The notes below the pieces were generated by a model. It searched no databases. It was not told where the DNA came from and saw only the letters and a list, made by a program, of their open reading frames with translations. DNA of 64,000 bases. It comes from Eutreptiella sp. 'Long Island Sound 2002'. Its lineage: Eukaryota > Protista > Euglenida. Position 1 is the first letter of the stretch. The number at the start of each line of letters is the position of its first letter. The stretch lies in NCBI GenBank assembly GCA_964036045.1, contig OZ038378.1, positions 163,928,001 to 163,992,000 on the forward strand, written 5' to 3'. The position numbers were made by a program, and so were the translations under genes. Below, in pieces: positions 1 to 12,607 of the stretch.

Positions 1-739
1 CCCCCCCCCCGATCCGCCGGCCCTGCCCCCGGACAACACCTGCGGTCGTGCCGAGGAGATGGAGGCGACGGTGCGGCCTCCGGAGGGCCGTGCGCAGCCC
101 CAACGCAATGCCGGCGATCACGAGCGACAACGCGGACACCAGCACCACCGCCGCGGGGCCGGGCTGCACACAGAAGGGGCGGCGGAGAGCGGCGGCATGT
201 CATGGGGCTTGGGGGGGGGGGGGGGTGACCCCGCCATTGCCCGACCCGCGCCCCCACACACGGCGCGAACACCCGCGGGCGCCGCGTTGGCGGTGGTTGC
301 GGCCCGTGGCACTGGGCTCTATGGGGCCGGAGGGGGCGCGGCGCACGCGTCCCATGCGCCTGTGCCCAAGAGAAGGGGGTGGCGGGGGCCACTCATCGGG
401 CGGTCCCAAAGAGGAGCACGTGGCGTCCGTCTCGGGGGCCGCATGCGCTTACCCCAGGGGTCCGGCGTGGGCCGGCGGTGGCGCAGCGACCGGGACCGCC
501 GTGCCGTGTGCCGGAGGTCATCGACCGCGGCCTCCGGAGCCCCCGGCACACCGCCCGGCAGTCGCCCCCCCCCCATGCCCCTCCGTTGGGCACACGCCGT
601 CTGTTGGGAAAGAAACCGCCGAGACGGACGTGGGGGCCGATCGGATCTGTTGGTGGGTGGTTTGGGGACGCAGGGGGAAGGGGAAGGGCTCCTGTTAAGG
701 CAGTGTGTGCCGTTTGCACGCCCCCCCCCCCCCCCCCGC

Positions 740-860
740 CCCCGGTGGTGCTGAGTTTTTAGAGGCGCCAAAGGCGCCAGAGAAAATTTTTCATTGGCCG
801 AAGGCCCGCAAGAAAATTAGCGCAGTTTTTGAAGGGGCGGGGGGGGGGGGGGGGGCACCC
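740..860. repeat. Putative small dispersed repeat/MITE-like element with GGCGCC-N3-GGCGCC motif between C- and G-runs
   Basis: GGCGCC-AAA-GGCGCC at 764-778, next to A/T runs and homopolymer flanks. A similar opposite-orientation motif, GGCGCC-TTC-GGCGCC, lies at 7376-7390 in a similar context. Boundaries not resolved. Confidence 0.3.
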
Positions 861-1574
861 CTTCACCCCCGTGCAGTAGTGCCAAGTCGTTCAAAGGAGC
901 CCCGGGCCCCGCACGCAAACGGACATGTTCGGCCCCGGCGCAGTGCCGCATCATCGGGCGTTTGGTGGGTTCGACCCTCCGGCAGGACTGCGGAGGGTCC
1001 TGCTGCTCCGGCGATGCGTCCCTTGGGCCATGTCTCTGACACCCCCCGAAGGGGGAGGAGCAGCCCACGGCCGGCACCCTCGCTTTTTGTGGTGGGCCCA
1101 CGAGGGGGGGGGGGGCGCAGGAATGAGCGAAAGAAGATCCCCCACGACGCTGGTCGTTTTGAGGGCTGTGTCATGGGGGGAAAGGGTTTTTTTGGAGAAA
1201 ATCTGCGGCGGGGCCGCTCCGTGGCCCGATCTCGGGCGGGTGGTCTGGCCGCGACCGCCCCCTGTTCCGGACGCTCCCGCGGTTGTCCCCGGGGCTCGAA
1301 CGCCCCCCTTCCCCCGCCCCGAAAATGACCTCCCCCTTTTCCCCCGTGAGCGTCCCATTTCAGACGATGGAGAGGCCCCGAACAACAGCCGAACGACGGC
1401 GGGCGGCCGGTCACCGACGGGCGTGTGCAGATGCCCCCCCCTCCCGAATGGGCGATGGGCAGCGCAGGGTCTGGGGGGTGGCTATGGAACGCCCACGCCC
1501 CCGGGCGGCGTCCACGGGCCGACGGCCTGCGTCTGCTCCGGTTGTGGTCAGTGCGCCGACAACCGCTGCCGGCG

Positions 1575-1775
1575 ATGGCCGGCCCACCGACCTCCGGCAC
1601 CGGAGCGGCGTGGCGTGGGGGGGAGGCAATGGCCGGCCCACCGACCTCCGGCACCGGAGCGGCGTGGCGTGGGGGGGAGGCAATGGCCGGCCCACCGACC
1701 TCCGGCACCGGGGCGGCGTGGCGGGGGGGGAGGCAATGGCCGGCCCACCGACCTCCGGCACCGGGGCGGTGCGGG
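1575..1775. repeat. GC-rich minisatellite, ~54-bp unit x ~3.7
   Basis: ATGGCCGGCCCACCGACCTCCGGCACCGG recurs at 1575, 1629, 1683 and 1736. Confidence 0.95.
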
Positions 1776-2980
1776 GGGGAGGGGCCACACCAAATCGAAA
1801 GCCACAGGGGCTGCGGCCCCCCTCGTCCTGGCTGCATCCGCCCTTGGGGGCTGCTCTGGGCCGAGGCGTGCGTATCGAGGGGAGTTCATTGCCCGCGGAG
1901 CCGCTGAGCGCTGCGTGGGGACGCGCACCTGCAAAGGACGGCGACGAGGGGCAGAGGATGGGCCGGCTATCACACGGTGACCGCTGAGGATCGGGCCGTC
2001 GATGACCCTGGGCTCGTGAACGGGTGTTGAGGCCGTTTGCCCTTCTGTCTGTCCGCCTGCTTCTCGGGCGTCGTCCCACCGGCGCAGTCGCCCCAGTAGA
2101 CCCCAGCAGCCCGTTTCCCTTGGAGCGGGTAAAAGAAAGCGTGGCCTCCGCTTCGCCGTCGCCGGAGCGCGCACACCGCTCTGGCCACGGGGGCAGTGTT
2201 TAAGCGATGGACCCCCTTTTGTGGGGCCCTCGATGCAGAAAACAGTGGGAATGCCCCCCCCCCCCCTATACACAAACACAAGACGCACACTAGCCCGTGG
2301 AACAGGGTGACGGCGATCATGGCCAACGATTGTCCATGGCACTCTCAAGGAAGGAAAGTACCGCGTGACAGGGTCACAGGCAACACAACGAGCACTGAGG
2401 GGGTTGAGAGGGAAGCAATGCCATGTTGCATACATTGCACCCAAACGCGCAGTGTACAACACATTAGTTGCTGTAGTATTAGGGAAGGAGGGTAGAAGCA
2501 ACACAACCCCCCGAAAGCGGACACTGCACCCAGCAAGTGCCGTTCACAATGTCTTGAATGTGCCTCACAAAGCTCACACGCATGCAATCAGGGGTGAACT
2601 TGCCAACAGCTACTTTTAGATCCGTTTGCAACAATTGCTGAACCAAACATAGGGAGTCCAACCATAGAAATAATGGAATCCCAAAGGCTTCACAGTTAGC
2701 AGGCTGCCTTCTTTGACAAGTTCCTCAATAAGAGGTCCCATGTACAAATCAGTACCCTTGGCATTCCACAAACACACATGCAGGTTCAACAAGCGCCCCC
2801 AAAAGAAACCGATGCACCCCGTTGGAACAATTGCTATTCGTCAAGACGACCCCCCCACGTCTGTGCTATGGCACGATGCAGTCAAAAGGAGGGAAGGGGG
2901 TTGATCGCACACGCGCCTGGCAGCCGGTAAGGGCGAGCTTGGGTTGGTACCAAGTGTCGACACAAGAGGCACAATCTCTG

Positions 2981-3130
2981 ACACACACGCACGCACGCAC
3001 GCACGCACGCACACACGCAGGCACGCACGCAGGCACGCAGACCCAGACCCAGACCCAGACACAGACACAGACACAGACACAGACACAGACACAGACACAG
3101 ACACAGACACACACACACACACACACACAG

Positions 3131-3162
<32 letters not shown>

Positions 3163-3211
3163 AGACACAGACACAGACACAGACACAGACACAGACACAG
3201 ACACAGACACA

Positions 3212-3268
<57 letters not shown>

Positions 3269-3300
3269 AGACACAGACACAGACACAGACACAGACACAG

Positions 3301-3334
<34 letters not shown>

Positions 3335-3438
3335 AGACACAGACACAGACACAGACACAGACACAGACACAGACACACACACACACACACACAGACACAC
3401 ACAGACATACACACACACACACACACAGACACACACAG

Positions 3439-3477
<39 letters not shown>

Positions 3478-3495
3478 CTCTCTCTCTCTCTCTCT
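2981..3495. repeat. Compound microsatellite (GCAC)n-(CAGACC)n-(CAGACA)n/(CA)n-(CT)n
   Basis: Directly visible; explains the THTH/QTQT/CVCV pseudo-ORFs. Confidence 0.99.
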
Positions 3496-3875
3496 TGTAG
3501 TATACAATACAGTACAATACAAACAGTGGGTGCACACTTGGAGTATTTGCCAGAGCAATCTTCAGATCCTGCAGCGCAAACTGCAGCTCAGACCAGGATC
3601 AGACACTAACACACGCAACACACAGCAACACACAGACAGGACGCATTCAGCGACTGGTGCTCGGGGCTCACTGCAACCTGGGTTCAACCAAGTCATCCCT
3701 CTCCATCAGCGAGCACCTTGGTGTGACGTCTCACTGACATCGCTAACTTCTTGGAGGGGTAAGCCGCTGCACCAAGGGTCCAGTCGCTCAGTACACGCAG
3801 CACAGAGGTACAAGCAGTACTATGCAGCAGTACACAGCACACCTGTAACACACCAGTAACCGGTATATTGCCCTC

Positions 3876-3945
3876 CACACACACACACACACACACACAC
3901 ATACGCACACAAACACACAACAACGGCAACAACAGCAACAACAAC
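3876..3945. repeat. (CA)n followed by degenerate (CAA/CAG)n
   Basis: Directly visible. Confidence 0.9.
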
Positions 3946-4170
3946 CTTGCCCCTGCTGGCCACTGCTGAGTGCATCTGCAGCGTCCACAAGCGGTTTGTC
4001 CAATCAGTCCTTCTGCCTTCAACAGTAATGGATGCGATCGCAAGTGTCGTCACAATGACGGAGACCACGACAAGCGCTTTGCAGACCACCCCCACACTGC
4101 TGCACAGACGAAATGGGGCGGGGGTCGGCCGCAGCTGCGGAGGCGGTGGAGGGGAGGTGGATCCCTCAAG

Positions 4171-4859
4171 GGGGGAATGTTTGCCCGGTGCGCTACTTTT
4201 CTATTAACTATCCCAACTTCAGCCCCAGATTTACCCTCTCATGGAGAAGCCCCCCAAGTAGACCACGTTGCACTGCACAACTTCCCTACAAAGCACATTG
4301 CATAATAAAGCAATAGCTGTGAATTCAACAACTCCAAATGTCATTTGTATTGTACTTAACAAACAACATTGGTCCCACAAGTGTGGATGTCAATACATTC
4401 AGCACAATAGTGCCCTTCACACTCACCACCAACTGTGATGGTGGAACGCTTCTGACAACACAACACACACACTTCTGCCTCATCCTCTGCCTCATCCTCT
4501 GCCTCATCTTGCGTGGTGGCCGGGTTGCTTTTGTTAGTCAAAACTTGAGGCGGGACATGCTCCCATGGTCCATAGGGGGGGGGGGGGGTGACGCGGGGTC
4601 TCCATGGTGGGGAGAAATCAATATGGCTACATCATCCCTGCCTTCTCGGGGTCCACATGGTGAGGAGAAATGAACCTAGTAAGGAGTGGATGTGGTGGAA
4701 ACGAGCAAAAAATGGATGAAAATGGGTGAAACTGGGTGAGAATCCAAATATACATCAAAACGCCCGTTTTCAAACAACAATGCACCCCCTGAAAGGTCAC
4801 CGGTGGGGCACGGGTCAAAAAAGATGCCCGGCGCGTGCCCGGAGCGCTAACACTCCCCC
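4171..4859 (-). mobile_element. Non-autonomous TIR element, member A of the 'GGGGGAAT...CCCCC' family (689 bp)
   Basis: Left end GGGGGAATGTTTGCCCGGTGCGCTACTTTT and right end GCGCTAACACTCCCCC align with the ends of 11894-12607. 4680-4790 is a diverged homolog of 12400-12510. Flanked by AAG at 4168-4170 and 4860-4862. Confidence 0.7.
4356..4541 (-). pseudogene. Cargo coding fragment: (DEAE)3 acidic repeat plus Cys/His-rich putative Zn-binding motif
   Basis: QDEAEDEAEDEAEVCVLCCQKRSTITVGGECEGHYCAECIDIHTC, ending in TAA; no convincing start codon. Confidence 0.45.
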
Positions 4860-7249
4860 AAGGACCCCACAAAAACCTCCCCCTGCCCCCAGATCTGTTC
4901 CATCTCCAGACCATTGACACGACCGCTTTGTTGATGGGCATCCGTTGTGTCGTTCGGCCTGGCCCGGCGTTGCGACCCTCGGGCCTCCCCTTTGTCTGCG
5001 GCCCCTCTTCCCTCTGCCGTATATCGTTTGCCACACGTCCTGCCCTCTATCTTCGGTACACAGATACAGTGCACCCGGACGGTGTGGGTGCCCTGTGCGG
5101 TGCGCAGAGTGTGCGGGTGGGGGATGCAGTGCAGTACCCAGTACAGTGCGCTGGGGTGCACCGTGTGCCAAGCGCAGCGCGTGTGGCGCGTGGAGGGCAT
5201 GGGGGCGTGTGCGGGAGTCGATCAACATCCACGTCACCCCGTCCGCCTTTGCACAAGTGCACCCGACAGGGGTCGCACTACGTGGACAAGGCCGGTCCTG
5301 CGCATGCCCCGCGGCACGACAAAAGAAGGGCCTGAAACACGGAGACCCTGTGGCCTCCGGGCCTCCATCCCTCTGCACTGCGTACACACCCATGTCACGC
5401 TACACTCGCAACCGCAGAGGCTGTGGTCAGAAAGACGGCGGCATGATGGGGTCACAGGGACAGGGCCGTTCTCACGCAAAAAGGAGCTGCAAACACATTC
5501 AACAGCATAGGGCGGGTCTACAGCAGGGCAATGGCGTACTTAGACCATAGATGCTCAGTCCCGTCAGAGTCTTCGCTCTCAGTGACAATGCTTTGTGCAT
5601 TGAGCTCGTCTATACGTACAATGCCTCTCCGATCGGTCGGTTATTGACTCCTCCCTCTCATACTTTGTGTTGTGTCGCTCCATTTTGTTTTTTGTCCGCC
5701 CTTAGGCGTGCATGCACTCACTGGGGAAGGCACCTGGACGTCTCTAGAGGTCTTGCATAATGCTAGCACCCGATTGGCCAAACTTCTAGTTCTGTCCCTT
5801 GGTATTTTGCTTCTAGTCTAACCCTATCCGTCCCTCCCTGGGTCAGGTGGTTTACAATGACATAAAGGGGGGGGGGGTCTTGACATGGCCTTGGGTTCCC
5901 CCAGCGCACATGCTCCACTTTTGTTGTGCCCCCCCCCCCCCCCCCCCGTGTGACATTTCGTCGGGTTGCGGTTTCTTTACGGGGCACTGGACAGTCAGTC
6001 ACCTGCTCGTCCCTCCGCGTACTGCCTCCGGGCAGTGCTTTGTGACGGGCAGTGTTCCCTGTGGTGTCTTTGCCGCGCTGGCAGGGACCAGCAGTCGCAG
6101 CACTGAGGCTGTGCTGGCTGTCGCGGGGGCGTTTGACGGTGAGTGCTGCCCAGTCCCCTCCACGTCCGGGTTGTCCACATGCCTCCCCGCGTTTCTGTGT
6201 GTGTGAGGCTGAAGTCCCCCCCTCCCAGCCCCCGTCGCCCGCCTCGGAACACGCGTGCGGCTGCCCCATTCGGTCAGACATGGAACGGCATCCCTTGCGC
6301 CTGCGCCTGCGGGGGAGCGGGGGGGTTGGACCGCCATCGTGCACTCTCCGGGGCCGCTGTGCCAGGCCGTGTGTGTGTGACGCCACAGTATTCAATCAAA
6401 GCTCAAACTGCACGGTTCAACAGACCTAAATGCCTCCCATTGATCAGCTGCGCACACGTGTGTCTGTGCCAAAGCATCAATTCCAATCATAGCTCAAAGT
6501 GTGAGGTTCAACAATCCTACATTCCTACCGCTGCTGCAAACCATGAGTTCAATGGTCCGCCCTGCAGGGGGGCTGCCCTGATGAGCGAATGGCGCCATAT
6601 GCACAAGCACCGCAAACACACCACGGCTTCCAGCCCCTCAAACCACCCCAGGGAGCATCAAGACACACATGCATGTGCATGCATGTGTGCTCTACCTCTC
6701 CCCGCGTCCCCATCCCACGCATGCGTGTGTGTGTGCGCGCGCGTGCGGGGAAGAACAATATTACAGAGGGAGGCCTGCATGGGTCCAGGGCCCCCAGCGG
6801 TCGCCTGTGTGCGCGCGCGTGCGGCGCGTCCCCTGTGCTGCCGGGGCCATCGCCTGGGGCCCGGGGTAGGGCGTGCGCGCCGGACCCCACGGCGGTGTGG
6901 TCATGTGCGTAGGGGTGTCGACCTGGAATGCGGTGCGGCCCATGGCCCATTGGTCCGTACGGCGTCCGGGTATCCCCAGTGCAGCGTGCCTCCGGGTGGG
7001 GCCGACAGCACGCGGCTTGCGTGCGAGGCTGCCATGCAGCGGACTTATGACATGGCGCTGAGCAGGTGGGCGAAACAACGGGACCCCATGTGCCACAGGG
7101 GCAACCGGGCTTGCAATTGGGGGGGGAGTGGGGTCGATAGAGCCCCCTGGCTAGACCCACATCCCCCCCAAAAAGGGGCTGAATTGACAGGACACCCAAA
7201 ATCCTAACGAGACTGACCCCCGGGCCTCAGAGGTGACCCAGACCCAAAA

Positions 7250-7460
7250 ATCGGCACAAAATGAAAATGGGATTTTTGGAATCAGCGTGTCGAGAAGGTT
7301 CAGAAAAGTCATCATTTGCCATGTATTTGGTGAAAAAAAATTTTTTGACCATTTGTGATGCTCAAAAAAATTATCGGCGCCTTCGGCGCCAGTGATGTCT
7401 GATTCATGGTGCCAGTCAATTGAACCCTTTTCCCAGCCCCCCCCCCCCCCCCCCCGCCCC
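7250..7460. repeat. Putative dispersed repeat related to 740-860 (opposite orientation)
   Basis: GGCGCC-TTC-GGCGCC, A/T runs and a terminal C-run; boundaries uncertain. Confidence 0.3.
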
Positions 7461-8989
7461 AAGATTTTGGGGGCTCTATTGACCCCACCCCGCCCTCACT
7501 TGCAAGCCCGACATGCCCAGAGGCCATTCATCGAATGCGCATGTATGACAGGCATTGGTGTCCCCATGTATCTTCGATGTGGTAGGCGGCCCACACCAAC
7601 CACCCCCCCCCCGCCCGCCCGCCACCAAATTGGGCCAGACATCACAAAGCACCACATCCACCAATGGGTCTTGGAGCGCACCCAGCGATGGTTGTTCTGA
7701 AACGAATTTGTGCCAAGTGCATCTTGTGGCATGGCAAATGAGCAATGGACGTTGACGCGGGCCGCACTGTTTGTGGACGTGGCAGTTTGTGATCAGTGTC
7801 TTGCACTTTGCATTGGGCACTTCATGTCAACCCGGTGTCTGATTTAGCCATTCAGGGATTTGTGGCGTCCCAATCTAATTGGAAAGTGGGGTCGATGCAT
7901 CACAATGGTTCGTGCCACGACCGGTTCCATGCATATTGCGTGGACACTGTGCTTGGGAGGCACATTCTGCATGCCACACCACGAAGCCTCCTGCCCAACC
8001 GGCCTGGCAACAGGGTGGGCAATAGTAGGCAGGCCATTCTAGTGCAGCAGTTGAGCACCACACAAAACCTTGTTCATCAACCACATATGCCGACCGGTAA
8101 TCGCCCTTTTGAGAAAAATTGTGTGTTCGTTTTGGCTCGATTCCTTCCTATACGACATGGAAACCCTTCAACACTTGAAATCGTCGGCACACCAACTCAA
8201 CTCCAAAGATTGCATTTGCCAAGGCAAATTGCCCTGGAATGAGGACAAGAGGCTGTCAAGGTCAACACTGGTGTAACACGTATCTTTGTGTTCTGCACAG
8301 TGCACACAAACTCCGTTTGCCTCCACAACATCCAAGCCAAAGCAATGGCATCATTTTTGGGTGTGCACCATTTTTCGGGTGCGCTTGTGATCCCACTCAC
8401 CTGCAGCAATTGTACCAAGGAAACCACTCTTCTCATGATGACGCCTGGATACAGGTTGCTCTTTGGCTCTCGCGAGGTTGCAGCTGTGTGAGAACGCTTG
8501 CTCTTTGTAGCTTTGCTGCACGCTGCTCTGCAGCTATTCTCCATTTGTGTCTTGTATGTGACATCAAGGGACCGCGCGACAATCTACAACTTTACAATCA
8601 CATATGAGTACATGGGCATCTTGTATGGTGCTTGTTTGCCCACTCGCACAAAAGAGGTGTTGGAGGACAGGGGGAGGGGGCTACGTTGACTTGCCAGCCG
8701 TCAAGGGCCATGTTGGGCCATTTTGAAGGATGTTGAAGGTGCTCTCCTCTGGCTACTCGCACTCTGTCTTGCTTTCGGCTTCATCAAGGCGGTAGCGTGC
8801 GGACCCATCTTGCTTGTGCCTGCGTCCGCAAGGTCTTGCCACTGCCAGTGAAGTTGGAGGCCGAGGATGCAGAGTTTGTGTCACGTCGAGGTCACCAATT
8901 GCTTTGGTCGTTGCAATTGCCATCGGTGTTCAAAGAGGCTTTTCATATTCAGAATGGCCTCAAAAGGTCGGGTGTGGACCCGCCACTTA

Positions 8990-9393
8990 CCCCCCCCCCC
9001 CTTGTATAAGCTACGCTAATGTCCCAAATTACTACGGTCCCTACGCCTACTGTAGCTTGGACACGGGCGTAGCTTGCGCGCCACAGATACAACTACCAAC
9101 ACCGGGCGCCCAGGTTCAAAAAGAGAGGATTGCATGGTGAGCGGGTGCAAAAAAGGGGAATGTAATGCACAAACATCCCCAAAATCATAGCTATGTGGGT
9201 TCAAGTGGGCAAACACTCACAACAAATGTGTCCATGACACTATGTAGCCAGCACATTTGTCACCAAACCCATGTCTTATGTGGCTGCACTACGTTTGGTA
9301 CCAAAGTAAAATTAGGTCCCAAATTAATACGGCCCCTACGCCTACTGTAGCTTGGACAAGGGCGTAGCTTATACAAGAGGGGGGGGGGGGGGG
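8990..9393. mobile_element. MITE with TA target duplication (Tc1/mariner-type by TSD), 404 bp
   Basis: TIRs C(n)TTGTATAAGCTACGC and GCGTAGCTTATACAAGAG(n); TA at 8988-8989 and 9394-9395; internal 55-bp direct repeats at 9021-9075 and 9316-9370. Confidence 0.8.
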
Positions 9394-10649
9394 TAGTTCC
9401 AGCGGCGCCTGCCTTCACACGGCCTTCATCTCCATCTCCGTTTATAGCGTGCTCGACGTGCCATTTGACTGTCCACTGGCTCATTGTGCTTCTCCTTACC
9501 CTCCCTGACGTGGGTAAGAGACAAGGCCTGTTGGTTTCATATTCAGGATTTTGGGGGGGGCTCACAGGCAGACACTGGGAAAACGGGGCTCACAATGGGC
9601 TAAACAAAATCATCTGAGCATCTCAAGTGGTCGAAGATCACTTTTGGAAACACGCAGCTTTGATGCATTTGTGACCCTCCGAAGATGGCCGATTTTCAGG
9701 GCCGTTTCAGACTGTCGCTCAAAAAGGGCAAAACCACTTGTTTGGGTGTCCCCAATGGTCCGAGGATAATTTTGAAACAAATCATCCCCGCTTCCCCCCT
9801 GTCAGCCCATTTCTGGCTGGGCAAAGACTAGAGACTGGGCAGAGACCACATGTGCACCGGTGCAGGGTTTGGGTGTTCCGATGCGCCATTCTGAGGGGGG
9901 CACAAAAAGCGGGGGGTCGCGGGTGGACTGGGTGCAATCAGAATCGGGTTCAACAAAAACAAACCAAAACCATAGCAAGTCTCCAACAACCCACACATGA
10001 AGAAAGCAACAGTCCTCTAGGTTTTCTGTTTCCCAAAGAACAACACTGTCGCAAGGACATGTTACAGATAAGAAAGAAAGCATGAACTCTTGTGGGTTTG
10101 TCCAAGCAGCTTTTGCAACCCGAATTGTGCATCATGCGTGGACCCAGGGCACCATCCCTGGGTCATAACCACCTGCATACCCATAACCCCCCCCAAAAAA
10201 AATTAGTACCCCCCAAAACTTATTACCCCCTGGCCCTATTGAGCAATCTGCCACAATTAGCACCCCCTTGAGCCTCCCAAGCAACGGAACACGAACCAAC
10301 CGACAAGTCACACTTTTCAGAGCCGCGAGCGTCACTTGAAGAATGAAGTCAGTTTCATTAGGTTTTTTGTATTGGAAACACTAGCAGAGCATGGGCCACA
10401 TCTGCAGAAGCATCTGCATTAGCTCCATCAGCCCCTGTTACACGGGAAAATCACAGGTGGCATGAACCCGCCCAAAATGAGTAGCCCCCGCCCACCCCAA
10501 AATTAGCACCCCCCCGAAATTAGTACCCCCCCCAGCCTTATTGAGCATTCTGCCGAAGTTAGTACCCTAGGGTGCTAAATTTTTTTTGGCGGGGGCTTAA
10601 TTCACAAGAGTGGGCCACGACAGCACACTAGGAGCTACCCCCCCATTCA

Positions 10650-11350
10650 GTGTCCACTAGCAAGTATGAATCCTCAACACCTTGCATGACCCTATGGATG
10701 CAACGCTTTGCAAAAACAGGGGGAGGGGGGGCGGTTGTCTGGGCATATGAGGGCAAAGCAAGCCCTGTGCCTAGCCTTGCTAGTGCACCAACATACGGAT
10801 GGCGCCATGCTGCGTCGATTGGACATTGCCAAGAATACCCCAGTATGCTACACCCTTGCTTCCTCAGGGCTCTGCGTCTTTTGGGTGCGCCCACCACCAC
10901 ATCCACTCCCTGGTGCCTGCCACCTACCAAGGTGGCATTGGGGCCCAAGGCGATGTCAGCGAGGCATCAAAGAGGGATGCCTGCGGTCGCCACCAATGTT
11001 CGTACTTGTGCACCAGGCGTTTCACGCCACTCTGGCACGCAAATTCGCTAAGTATAACCACCTTGGTGGATGTCGATGACGCTGCCATCATAACGCCCAA
11101 GTAGTGGGTCTGGAAACATGTCCAACAGTTATTGGTGGTGTCAGGCCTTCACACCAACTGCTCCAAGAAGCAAATCTGTCGCTGGGCCCCCACTACCTCG
11201 ACGTCTTGGCCCGGCCCGGTGTGCAGAGCCACACTTTGACACCCTACATTGGCCTACCCCCGTGGCAAAAGATACGAGCCAGAGCCATGCAGCAGCACGC
11301 AGTGCACAGGCAGTGCAAACATATTTGCATCTGTCATCACTAGTTGCTTT
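10650..11350 (+). pseudogene. Decayed non-LTR retrotransposon reverse transcriptase (LINE-B head, copy 1)
   Basis: Frameshifted RT motifs: LDIAK (domain 3), GIKEGCLRSPPMF (domain 4, cf. GxxQGCPLSP), VDVDDAAII (YxDD position), PYIGLP (cf. YLG). Confidence 0.8.
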
Positions 11351-11893
11351 CATAGCCACAATATGACACATGATTTGAAAACGATATCTTAATTCGGCAG
11401 CGTGGTACTGCCTACATGCGACTTGACTGTCTGTCCTATTTCCCAGTGCAACTGTGATCAAGCACTCCTTTGGCTCTCAGTATCGTGGGCGTCCACGGGG
11501 GCAAAGGAGCCATGTGACACGTGGGCAGCAGTCTGATACCAGGTTCCAATGTCATCAACGATAAAAAATCTTGTGGGGGCAAAAGGAGTGGCAGCAGGAA
11601 GGTCGGGTTCTCAGGGTATGACCTGGCGAGCTGGGCTTGCTCAGAATAACCCGGCCAGCATGTGTCCCTAGTCATTGATCTGCAGCAAAAATGATTTTGG
11701 GCGCCGGCGCTCAACTGGTGGACAAGATGACTTATTGCACTTTGGCATGAGACGCCTTGATATGCACATGGCATGAAACCTGTCACCACCCTCTTCACAC
11801 CAATGAGGTATGCAACACATCCTGACCACAGGTGAGGGTCACCTGGCGACAGTGGAAATCAGAGAGACTGTGTGTGATATCACTTGCATCTTA

Positions 11894-12607
11894 GAGGGAA
11901 TCCTTCCACTGCGCGCGCACGGCGCGCTACTTTTAGACTATGTTCCCCCCGAAGAGCCCCTAGGCATGCCCCTTGGAAACACTGTTAGAATTAGGCAACC
12001 CAAACTGGACTGGAGGGGACCTTGAGGGGGACCTTCCCGGTTCTTGTGGCAGTGGTGAAGGACCAGGGGCCTTTGGGGGGGGACTTGACTGTGTATTGGG
12101 CGGCGGAGATGGAGGGCAGTCAGGTGGCGAGTCTGAACTTGGGATGGCAAAGGAGATGGACTCCATCTTGCATCGCCAATTCACCACTCTCAACCCATCT
12201 TGGAAGTATTCCAAGTGGAGGAGTCCATCTTCAGCCGTCCCAACCACTGTGGCAGGAGGTCACGGGCCATTGGAGCGGATGTAGAGCACCCTATCCCCAA
12301 TACTGAGATCCATGGAGAAAGTGGGCCTGACAAATGAGGAGGGAAGTATGACATCCCGTAGCAGGCACCCTCAAAGTGTATCAACATATCAATCAACCAA
12401 GAAAAAGAGTAGATGTGGTGGAAATGGGGGAAAAGTGTGTGCAAAAAAGTAGAAATGGGTGAAACAGGGTGAACATCCAAAAATGCCAGATCCCCAATGC
12501 AACAATGATGCCCAAAGTACCACAAAGTATGGGTTTCTACTACGGCCAAACGCTCAAATAGTTGCACTGCGCGCGCACTGCACGCGCACTGCGCTTAAGG
12601 CGCCCCC
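11894..12607 (-). mobile_element. Non-autonomous TIR element, member B (714 bp), TTA TSD; copies at 16405-17110, 19843-20547, 29255-29967, 35998-36685, 45586-46168 (left-truncated) and 48882-49569
   Basis: Ends GAGGGAAT...GCGCCCCC flanked by TTA (11891-11893, 12608-12610); subterminal direct GCACTGCGC repeats at both ends. Removing it rejoins the LINE frame (...DITCIL|AGLLPTDLL...). Confidence 0.85.

Noticed and set aside
48-2500. Many overlapping 200-350-aa ORFs on both strands
   Set aside because: Very GC-rich low-complexity DNA with homopolymers and a minisatellite; R/P/G/A-rich translations with no recognisable motif.
2640-2800. Minus-strand LHVCLWNAKG resembling an AP-endonuclease start motif
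   Set aside because: No downstream QET/GDFN/SDH motifs found; too short to call.
2822-3609. THTH/QTQT/CVCV/SVSV ORFs
   Set aside because: Translations of the microsatellite.
7500-8990. Short ORFs in TG/CA-rich sequence
   Set aside because: No recognisable domain in any frame read; likely old TE debris.
10130-10620. Element with repeated ATTAGTACCCC/ATTAGCACCCC motifs
   Set aside because: Probably TE subterminal repeats, but no matching pair of termini or TSD could be found.
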